This document shows positions 7,761 through 15,981 of a stretch of DNA of 32,000 nt, in pieces (positions within the stretch are counted from its first letter, which is position 1; every line of letters begins with the position of its first letter). Origin of the DNA: Nostoc sp. PCC 7120 = FACHB-418 (GTDB taxonomy: Bacteria; Cyanobacteriota; Cyanobacteriia; Cyanobacteriales; Nostocaceae). Under the pieces are notes generated by a model. It was not told the DNA's origin. It did no database searches and worked only from the letters and a program-made list of their open reading frames with translations. Location: assembly GCF_000009705.1 (NCBI RefSeq), contig NC_003272.1, positions 1,830,001 through 1,862,000 of the forward strand, in the 5' to 3' direction. A program made the translations under genes and the position numbers.

Positions 7761-8345
7761 TTATACCTTGCTCTCTTCGTTCTCTTTCACATTATCTTGT
7801 TTGTCATCATTACCATTGTCTTGCTGTTTCTTCTCTTGCACAACCTGAGTAGCATAAACTTCTACATCTCGCTGAATAATCTCTTCTACTTGATTGGCAA
7901 AGTTACTAAATGCTTTATCGTGGGTTTCATAATTCACATAAGGCCCAGTTAATTGAAAGAATTGCCAACCTTGTGTTTTCAAAGATTCGGCCGTGCGGCG
8001 ATAGTGTCGCCAGCGTTCTCCATAGTGGAAAAATTCTTCAACAGCTGCGCTAATTGCTACAACTTGGCTAAGGGAAAAAGTAGCCCAAACAAAAATTTCC
8101 CGCACCTGAGAACTGTTAATATTGAGACTTACCAAAGCGGGTAGAGCTACACCACCAATAATTGTGACCAATCGTAATCTGTAATATCTATTCCGTGATT
8201 TACCTGCTTGTCTTTCCATCCACAACATTTGGTCTAACCAACGCGAAAATAAGAATTGTGTTTGTAATTCTGAGAGATTCAACGAGTCAATTAAATTCGT
8301 AAATTTCCCCTTAAGAAATTCTTGATAATCATCTTTATTAGCCAT
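7761..8345 (-). CDS. SLATT / DUF4231-family two-transmembrane effector-like protein
   Basis: 194 aa. Two predicted TM helices (YYRLRLVTIIGGVALPALVSL and IFVWATFSLSQVVAISAAV) are followed by the DUF4231-like FFHYGERWRHYRRTAESLKTQGWQF motif and an acidic/Lys-rich tail. Starts 9 nt after the stop of the upstream SLOG gene. Confidence 0.7.
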   Translation of the reverse strand: MANKDDYQEFLKGKFTNLIDSLNLSELQTQFLFSRWLDQMLWMERQAGKSRNRYYRLRLVTIIGGVALPALVSLNINSSQVREIFVWATFSLSQVVAISAAVEEFFHYGERWRHYRRTAESLKTQGWQFFQLTGPYVNYETHDKAFSNFANQVEEIIQRDVEVYATQVVQEKKQQDNGNDDKQDNVKENEESKV

Positions 8346-8354
8346 AATTCAATC

Positions 8355-9092
8355 CTAATTTAAAAGTAAATTTGTCATCGTATCTATTAATTCTTCTGGT
8401 GCTGCTTCTAAGTCAATTGTTTGTATATGATCAGATGCGGCTAATTCTGTAGCTCGTTCATCAGTAGCATATCCACGCAAAGCAGAAGCAATTTTATCTG
8501 CTGTTCTCCCACTACCAGCAATCACTATCACCAACCGTCCAGCAATCACACTATTTAAGGCATCAATAAAGCTAATTTCACCACCATTAATTAGGACGGT
8601 AATCGAAGGTAAGCCGTTAGCTAAGAGAGTTGCTACCTTTACTATCCAGGGAGATTCATCACCCCATTTACTGCCAGGAATTAAGACAAAATGACTATGA
8701 TGCGGCTCCAGGGGTGTGGCATCGTCAGCTAGGATAGTAGTCTGATTGGGTAAAATTACCTTTGCTGTTGGCGCTACACCAATTAGCGGAAACTGCCCAT
8801 TGATTTGGCTACGGGCATCACCCATCAATCGCATCACTCCCGCATCCGTGCCACCATCTACTACATAAGCCCCCAAGCTTTGGGCAATTGGTGCTAGGAC
8901 TTCCACAAACAGGCTTTGGATACGCAAAAAGTCAGCTTCGCTAGTCTGACTAGCACCCCCAACAATGACTAAAACAGGACGGGAGTTACTTAGCCCTAAT
9001 TGCTCTAGCGCCTCCGGTAACTCTGCGGTTTCAGATACCGTAACTGCTGCTGCTTGGTTGGAGCTTAAATTTAGCCTGAAAAAATTTACCAT
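8355..9092 (-). CDS. SLOG-superfamily nucleotide-binding protein (prokaryotic TRPM/LSDAT-like)
   Basis: 245 aa with Rossmann-like glycine motifs in SLOG order: PVLVIVGGAS, VVDGGTDAGVMRLMG, PLIGVAP, HSHFVLIPGSKWGDES, TVLINGGEIS and VIAGSGRTADKIA. First gene of a 2-gene operon with the SLATT gene. Confidence 0.65.
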   Translation of the reverse strand: MVNFFRLNLSSNQAAAVTVSETAELPEALEQLGLSNSRPVLVIVGGASQTSEADFLRIQSLFVEVLAPIAQSLGAYVVDGGTDAGVMRLMGDARSQINGQFPLIGVAPTAKVILPNQTTILADDATPLEPHHSHFVLIPGSKWGDESPWIVKVATLLANGLPSITVLINGGEISFIDALNSVIAGRLVIVIAGSGRTADKIASALRGYATDERATELAASDHIQTIDLEAAPEELIDTMTNLLLN

Positions 9093-9676
9093 TTATTCGC
9101 AGTAGAAGTTGCAACAATTTAAGTATTTTACGTAGTAATTCTCGGTTTAATGTCTAATCTGCAATTCATAACCCTTATAACTTAATGTATTGAAATTGAC
9201 CTTAGATTCAGTTACATAGTAAAAATAACCAATTTTTTAGAGAATGAGTAGAGCCATAGCAAAAATTCTTGTAACTACTTCTGATAATAGGTTTATCTCT
9301 ATTGGCCAATGATTACATAGTGCTATTCCAGAAGCATATATAAAAAAATAAATTACAAAAAACTATGTTAAATTGCTAACCTGCTTTCTGATCGTTATGC
9401 TATTCACGCTCAAGTATAGCTGTCACCAGTAGGTTAGGAAATTAATAGATGATACAACCTAGATACAACAAGACTTTTTACCCAGTCCCCAGCTATAAAT
9501 TTGGCTCAAAGCCTTCTAGAACTAACAAAGAAGAGACGGGTTATTCCGAATTTATATTCTTGCTGTTTCACTTAAGTATGATTACCATAATTTAAGTATA
9601 CTTTATGCCTTCAATATATATCACTTGAGGATCTGTAACCCAGGCAATTTTCTCAAAATCAGCATTAATACGTAAT

Positions 9677-12600
9677 ATGAATAAATTTAAAAGTGCATTT
9701 ATTTCTTATGGAAGAGCAGATAGCAAAGCCTTCGCAACTAAGCTACATCAGCGATTTGTAGAAGCAGGGCTAGACATTTGGTTTGACCAAAATGATATTC
9801 CTTTAGGTGTTGACTTCCAAAATCAAATAGACGATGGAATTGAAAAATCAGACAATTTTCTCTTTATCATTGCGCCTCACTCAGTCAACTCTCCCTATTG
9901 TGGTAAAGAGATAGATTTAGCACTCCGCCGGAATAAACGCATTATTCCCTTGCTGCACGTAGAGCAAATTACTCAGGAAATTTGGCAGCAACGCAACCCT
10001 GGACGAGAAGCTAGTGAGTGGGAACAATATCAAGCCAAGGGGTTACATTCCAGTTTTCCTAATATGCACCCAGCTATTAGCAAGATTAACTGGGTATACT
10101 TCCGTGAGGGTATCGATGACTTTGAGAAATCATTGGCGGGACTACTAGAATTATTTCTCCGTCATCAGGACTATGTGCATCAACACACCTATTTTTTAGC
10201 CAAAGCCCTGGAATGGGAGCAAAAACAACAACAGTCACAATACCTGTTGATTGGTGAAGAACGGGAACAGGCTGAAAACTGGCTAAAACTTAGGTTTAGA
10301 GATGAACAACCGCCCTGCGAACCAACCGATTTACATTGTGCATTTATTTGTCAGAGTATCAAGAATGCTAACAACCTAATGACTCAGGTGTTTCTTTCCT
10401 ACTCAGAAAACGAGAGGCTGTTTATGGAGAAGATTGCCAAAATCTTGATGCGAGAAAGCTTCACAGTTTGGACAAACAAAACAGATATTCAATCTGGAGC
10501 AGATTTTACCGAGTCGATTAATCGAGGCATTGAGGAAGCAGATAATGTAGTTCTTCTCTTGTCGACGGCCTCTTTGCAATCAGAATACTGTCAAATGGAA
10601 CTATCTTATGCTTTTTCTCTGAAAAAGCGGATTATTCCCTTGTTGATTGAACCCGTAGATATAGAGCAGATTCCAGTGGAACTAAGTATCTTACAGTTCA
10701 TCGACTTTACAGATCAAGAAGAGCAGGGAAAAGAGTCTGCCGATACCGATAGGCTAATTAATGTGCTGCGTCGAGATGAAGCTTACTACGAACAGCATAA
10801 AATCCTACTGGCAAAAGCTCTCAAGTGGGAACGGCAAAAACGTAATCCTAGTATTTTGTTGCGTCATCACAATCTGCGTCATGCCGAGGACTGGTTAAAG
10901 ATAGCTCAACAAAACACACAACATCCACCCATACCTTTACAAGCAGAATTTATCGCTGAAAGCCTCAAGCAACCCCCACAAGCGGCGCTGGATGTATTTA
11001 TTTCTTACTCTCGTGCTGATTCTGACTTTGCGCGTAAGCTTAACGATACCCTGCAAATTCAAAACAAAACTACATGGTTTGATCAGGAAAGTATTGCCTC
11101 TGGTACTAACTTTGAGCAAGAGATTTACCGAGGAATAGAAAGCGCCAATAACTTCTTATTCATTATTTCGCCTAAATCTCTCAGTTCACCCTACTGCACG
11201 ACTGAGGTAGAGTATGCGATGAATTTAAATAAGCGAATCGTTACCGTTTTGTATCGGGAAATAAAGGGTGCAACTCTTCATCCTGGGTTAGCAAAAGTGC
11301 AGTGGATTGATTTTAGCCAACATAACACCGATTTTCTGACTAAATTCGGCGAACTAACGAGAACACTAGATTCAGATCCAGAATATGTGCGATCGCACAC
11401 TCGGATTTTTCTGAAGGCGAAGGACTGGGAGGAACACAACCGTGATGATAGCTTCTTACTCCGAGGCAAAGATTTGCTAGCCTCTGAGGAATGGCTAAAG
11501 CAATCTGATAATAAACAACCAGCCCCTACTACTTTACAATTAGATTATCTCGCTGCCAGTCATGCTTTCCCCTATCGCAAAATTAAGCTGCGTAGCGTCT
11601 TGCTGACTAGCTTGGTCGTGACAACAGTAATTTTCCTTGCTAGGTTACTCGGATTCACTCAGCCATTAGAACTAGCAGTTTATGACCGGATGATGTCGTT
11701 ACGTGGTGATGAACCACAAGATGAACGATTTTTAATGGTCGATGTTGATACGGAAAGTATTGAAAAGTTGAATGAAGACTATACAGGTGGCAGGGGTTCA
11801 ATTCCTGATCAGGCTTTAGACAAAGTACTCAAAATTCTTTCCCAGTACCAACCCAGTGTAATTGGGTTGGATTTTGTGCGTGATTTTCCCGCCGAAGGTA
11901 ACCTAAAAGAGCATTTGCAGCAAGCTGAAAACTTTATTGCAGTCTGTAAAAACAGTTATATAAGCGATCGCGGTGAAAAGATTCTTGGCCTTAAACATCC
12001 CCCAGAAGTGCCTTTAGCGCGAGTTGGGTTTAGTGACTTGGTTGATGATGATGCTAAAGGTGGTCGTTTTGTGCGCCGACAATACTTGATGCAAAACCCA
12101 GACCCTAAATATTGCAATACACGAGAAGCTTTTAGTTTAGTAATTGCTCGTCGCTATCTAGAAGCCCAAGGTCAAAAGTACATTTCTCCTCTAGATATCA
12201 AGAGCAAAGAATATGTGCAGGATATGCAATTTGGTAAAGCTCTCATTCCCCAACTTTTGGGAAAAGGTGGCGGCTATCAGGATATCAATAACCAGCTTGA
12301 AGGGTATCAAACGATGCTCAAATATCGTGTTTCTGGACGCGATCCCTATAATTTTGCCCCTAGAGTCAATATTTTACAAGTTTTGAACAATAAGGTTTCT
12401 GCTGAAAAAATTAGAAATCGGATTATACTGATTGGCTTTACTGATAGGCAAACTAGACAAGCTGATTACTGGAGTACAGTCTATGGTGATGTTCCAGGCG
12501 TGACATTGCATGGACAAATGATCAGTCAGATCCTCAGTGCTACTTTAGATAATCGCCAACTCATCTGGTGGTGGCCTCTTGGTTATGAAACACTCTGGAT

Positions 12601-12820
12601 GTTTGGCTGGGCTTTGGTAGGTGGTATTGTCTGTTGGCGATTGAACCGTACTCTCCATATAGGTATAGCGGTGGTTGGCTCTATCGCCTGTCTCTACATC
12701 ATCTGTTCAGTAATTTTAGTTTACCAGAGCGGTTGGATACCTTTTAAGCCACCGTTTCTAGCGTTACTGGGTACTGGGGCAGGTGTATTATATTTAACTA
12801 ATAATCTCCGTAGGAATTAA
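9677..12820 (+). CDS. Triple TIR-domain protein fused to a transmembrane CHASE2 sensor domain
   Basis: TIR1 starts about aa 6 (FISYGRADS ... SPYCGKEIDLA). TIR2 starts about aa 238 (FLSYSENE ... SEYCQMELSYA). TIR3 starts about aa 440 (FISYSRADS ... SPYCTTEVEYA). A TM helix lies at about aa 640-660 (VLLTSLVVTTVIFLARLLGF). The CHASE2-like region begins LELAVYDRMMSLRGDEPQDERFLMVDVDTESIEKL ... VIGLDFVRDFP. Three C-terminal TM helices follow (LIWWWPLGYETLWMFGWALVGGIV... to GTGAGVLYL). Confidence 0.8.
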   Translation: MNKFKSAFISYGRADSKAFATKLHQRFVEAGLDIWFDQNDIPLGVDFQNQIDDGIEKSDNFLFIIAPHSVNSPYCGKEIDLALRRNKRIIPLLHVEQITQEIWQQRNPGREASEWEQYQAKGLHSSFPNMHPAISKINWVYFREGIDDFEKSLAGLLELFLRHQDYVHQHTYFLAKALEWEQKQQQSQYLLIGEEREQAENWLKLRFRDEQPPCEPTDLHCAFICQSIKNANNLMTQVFLSYSENERLFMEKIAKILMRESFTVWTNKTDIQSGADFTESINRGIEEADNVVLLLSTASLQSEYCQMELSYAFSLKKRIIPLLIEPVDIEQIPVELSILQFIDFTDQEEQGKESADTDRLINVLRRDEAYYEQHKILLAKALKWERQKRNPSILLRHHNLRHAEDWLKIAQQNTQHPPIPLQAEFIAESLKQPPQAALDVFISYSRADSDFARKLNDTLQIQNKTTWFDQESIASGTNFEQEIYRGIESANNFLFIISPKSLSSPYCTTEVEYAMNLNKRIVTVLYREIKGATLHPGLAKVQWIDFSQHNTDFLTKFGELTRTLDSDPEYVRSHTRIFLKAKDWEEHNRDDSFLLRGKDLLASEEWLKQSDNKQPAPTTLQLDYLAASHAFPYRKIKLRSVLLTSLVVTTVIFLARLLGFTQPLELAVYDRMMSLRGDEPQDERFLMVDVDTESIEKLNEDYTGGRGSIPDQALDKVLKILSQYQPSVIGLDFVRDFPAEGNLKEHLQQAENFIAVCKNSYISDRGEKILGLKHPPEVPLARVGFSDLVDDDAKGGRFVRRQYLMQNPDPKYCNTREAFSLVIARRYLEAQGQKYISPLDIKSKEYVQDMQFGKALIPQLLGKGGGYQDINNQLEGYQTMLKYRVSGRDPYNFAPRVNILQVLNNKVSAEKIRNRIILIGFTDRQTRQADYWSTVYGDVPGVTLHGQMISQILSATLDNRQLIWWWPLGYETLWMFGWALVGGIVCWRLNRTLHIGIAVVGSIACLYIICSVILVYQSGWIPFKPPFLALLGTGAGVLYLTNNLRRN

Positions 12821-13957
12821 GCTAACAAGCCAGCAAACAAACAGGAGAGTGAAAAAAGCACAGAATTTGTTTGACTGTATTAGTCGGCTGTTTAGCAATT
12901 CCAGACCAGAGGGGAATGCGTCTGGACGTTCACGAGGAGGGGCGACGCGCATCTCAAACAGATAAAAATACACTGATTGTATTAGTTCCTCAGAGCAATT
13001 AAGGCTTGATTACTCAGGATCATCTTCAGTTCTTATTCTATATTACCTTTTGGTGGATTATCCCAGTCACCTCCAGCCAAATTTAGGTTATTAAATGAAC
13101 AGAAAAAGTCTGTTTTGACGAAGCCTCTACCATTATCTTTACCAGAAAAACAAGGTATCGTCAGTATCACCCTTCCTTCTACCGAAAAACCCCTATTTAT
13201 AAACTCAAACTCCAAAAGTAATAAGTAGCAGTTATTACTCCTATATTGGACATATATAATTAAATAATTATGAAATTTATAAACTTTTCAGTATTAACTT
13301 TTATTTAATTTTTTAAATCAAATTCATGCAATATTAATTTGCCAAATAAGTTAGGAAAACTGTGAAGAAATATTTCGCTAACAGCGAATCACTTTTACGG
13401 CGTATGGCAGCAATTTATCAAGCTGTCTAGCCCCAACCAAACCTAGAAACATAAGAACAGGATGTATTGCCTGCGGGTTATGGGCTACGTCACACTATAG
13501 GTGAAGCAGTCAAAAAAAACCTTAGTAATGCGTGTATTCCACATAGTTTACGTAATCTTACTGATTGACAGCTACGTTTTTATGGTGATGATAATATGAT
13601 GTTGTTTGCCAACGACATAACTTAAAAATTATGTAAATCAGAGGCAATATTCATCTATAAACTCAGAAATCGATTACTCAAAAGGTCTTCATTCTGACGA
13701 AAGGGGTTTGTATCCTAATTTACTGCAATCGGAATTAGCTCATTAGTGTGTTACTAGACTTGATAACAGGTAAACATTACGGACTTTTCTGGAAGAATTT
13801 ACTGGCACATTATTAAAAAGCCCGTTAGTGTTGACTCCCTTAAATCAGTAATGGAGCTTTCAATAAAGACATTGCTGAAGCAAAACTCCTCTCATTTCAT
13901 ATCTGGAGATATTGCCAAAGAGATTCGCGTCAAAGACCAACTTTTAAGGAATAATCT

Positions 13958-15817
13958 ATGAGCCTCAGTCAAATGGTAAATGTCGATTGTGACACAGTAT
14001 CTAAAACCGTTTATGATGCCGTCATAGTCGGAACAGGGGTAGCTGGAGCCATTGTTGCCAAAGAATTAAGTCAACAGGGTAAGAGGATTTTGATCATTGA
14101 AGCTACAGTACACAAGGATTTAACTCTTGCAGGCTTTCAAAGTTACGTTGATACCTTCTACAAAGCGGTGGATAAAAATCCTAACTCCCCATATCCCGCT
14201 AACTCCAATGTTCAAAGCCCCACTGATTACAACGACTATTTTATTGAGCAGGGCCCCATGCCTCTTGCTGGTTCCTATACAAGGGTTCTGGGTGGGACAA
14301 CCATGCACTGGGAAGCAAAAACCCCACGGATGTTACCGGAAGATTTCAAGTTATCGAGTACTTACGGACAAGGTCTTGATTGGCCGATTGACTATCATGA
14401 TCTTGAGCCGTACTACCGCAAAGCCGAGCATGAAATGGGCGTTTGTGGAGACGTAGATGAGCAGAGAGCGCTAGGCCTTGAATTTCCCCAAGACTACGTT
14501 TTCCCGATGGAAAAGCTCCCCCCCTCTTACTTGGATCAAAAAGTTATTGAGAAAGTCAATGGCACTAATGTTGAACTTTATGGCAAGACTCACACATTAA
14601 GCTTCTCTACGTTTCCTCAAGCTCGTAATGGAGTACCCAATCCTAAATATGATCAAGGTAACCTCTTTGTTCCTGATGGAGTTACTAGTGTCCATCCTGT
14701 TCAATATGGGGAACGTTGCCAAGGAAATGCTAACTGTGTTCCTATCTGTCCAGTTCAAGCAAAATATGATGCTCGCAGAACTTTAAGTAAAGCCTTTGAA
14801 ACAGGTAAAGTTCATGTACTTTACCAAGCAGTGGCTTATAAAGTGGAATACGATCGCCAAACTGGTCGCATCACTGCCATTCACTATAAGCACTATAAAA
14901 AACCCAATTCTAGCGAGTACACTACAGGAATTGCTAAGGGAACATTATTTGTCTTAGCAACGAATGCAGTTGAAAACGCTAGGCTATTGCTTGGTTCTGA
15001 CTTGCCTAACACCAGTAGATTGATAGGGCGGTATTTAATGGATCACCCTTTCACCTTAGCTTGGGCTTTGATGCCTGAAGTAACTGGTACTATGCGAGGG
15101 CCTCTCGTGACATCAGGAATTGGAACATTTCGTAAAGGCGACTTTCGTAAAAAACAATCCGCCTTCGCAGTAGATATTCACAATGATGGCTGGGGATGGG
15201 CTACCGGATCACCCAAAAGTGAAGTGGAAGATGCCGTCGATAATAAAAACAAATATGGCCAAGAACTGCGCCAGACATTGATTAGTCGGATTTCACGACA
15301 ACTACTGTTGGCTTTCATGTGTGAATTACTCCCTGAGTACGGTAACCGAGTAACTATCGATCCAAGGCACAAAGATAAACTGGGTAATTATCGTCCCGTC
15401 ATTAACTTTAACCTACCCGACTACAGTCGTAGAACCCTTGCTTACACCAGAAAAGTCTCCCGTGTCATCTTCGAGCGTTTAGGTGCGGAAGACTATACTC
15501 ACTACGATCCTCAAGACCCCGCCTATTTTGAGTTTGAGGGTGAAGGTTACGTATACAAAGGTGGAAACCACTTTTCGGGAACTCATATCATGGGAACAAC
15601 ACCATTGAATTCAGTTGTTGATAGTTATCTGCGTTCTTGGGATCATAAAAATCTTTTCCTGGTCGGCGCAGGAAGTATGCCAACCATTGGTAGTTCCAAT
15701 ACAACATTGACCATTGCGGCATTGAGTTTTAGAACGGCCGAGCATATGCTGCAAGAATTGAATTCTTATAACTTGCCAGTCAGTAATTTGCAAATAAGTA
15801 ATCTGCAAGCTAGCTAG
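13958..15817 (+). CDS. GMC-family FAD-dependent oxidoreductase
   Basis: 619 aa. N-terminal dinucleotide-binding motif DAVIVGTGVAGAIVAKEL. C-terminal GMC-like HFSGTHIMGT ... NLFLVGAGSMPTIGSSNTTLTIAALSFR. Confidence 0.75.
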   Translation: MSLSQMVNVDCDTVSKTVYDAVIVGTGVAGAIVAKELSQQGKRILIIEATVHKDLTLAGFQSYVDTFYKAVDKNPNSPYPANSNVQSPTDYNDYFIEQGPMPLAGSYTRVLGGTTMHWEAKTPRMLPEDFKLSSTYGQGLDWPIDYHDLEPYYRKAEHEMGVCGDVDEQRALGLEFPQDYVFPMEKLPPSYLDQKVIEKVNGTNVELYGKTHTLSFSTFPQARNGVPNPKYDQGNLFVPDGVTSVHPVQYGERCQGNANCVPICPVQAKYDARRTLSKAFETGKVHVLYQAVAYKVEYDRQTGRITAIHYKHYKKPNSSEYTTGIAKGTLFVLATNAVENARLLLGSDLPNTSRLIGRYLMDHPFTLAWALMPEVTGTMRGPLVTSGIGTFRKGDFRKKQSAFAVDIHNDGWGWATGSPKSEVEDAVDNKNKYGQELRQTLISRISRQLLLAFMCELLPEYGNRVTIDPRHKDKLGNYRPVINFNLPDYSRRTLAYTRKVSRVIFERLGAEDYTHYDPQDPAYFEFEGEGYVYKGGNHFSGTHIMGTTPLNSVVDSYLRSWDHKNLFLVGAGSMPTIGSSNTTLTIAALSFRTAEHMLQELNSYNLPVSNLQISNLQAS

Positions 15818-15981
15818 AGCTTATCATCAATGAAAATTATGCTCTATGACAAAAAGGCTTCAGCACTTTGAATCCAAAAATCCATAAGGGCTGAAACTCA
15901 GAGATAAATAGGATTCTACTCCTATTTAATGACACTCCCTATTACCCTTTACGAAGTCGAAAAAACATCGCAAATAAAACT

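Noticed and set aside
7953-8144. 63-aa + strand ORF inside the SLATT gene
   Set aside because: It is antisense to a gene with a coherent 2-TM/DUF4231 pattern and has no independent support.
13033-13215. 60-aa minus-strand ORF in the long spacer
   Set aside because: It has a TTG start, no recognisable motif, no evident ribosome-binding site and an isolated position. I cannot support it as a gene, though a decayed gene fragment is not excluded.
14120-15808. Several short ORFs (14120-14308 minus, 14127-14456 plus, 15178-15372 minus, 15611-15808 minus) within the GMC gene
   Set aside because: They are off-frame or antisense inside a 619-aa gene with clear FAD-binding and GMC C-terminal motifs.
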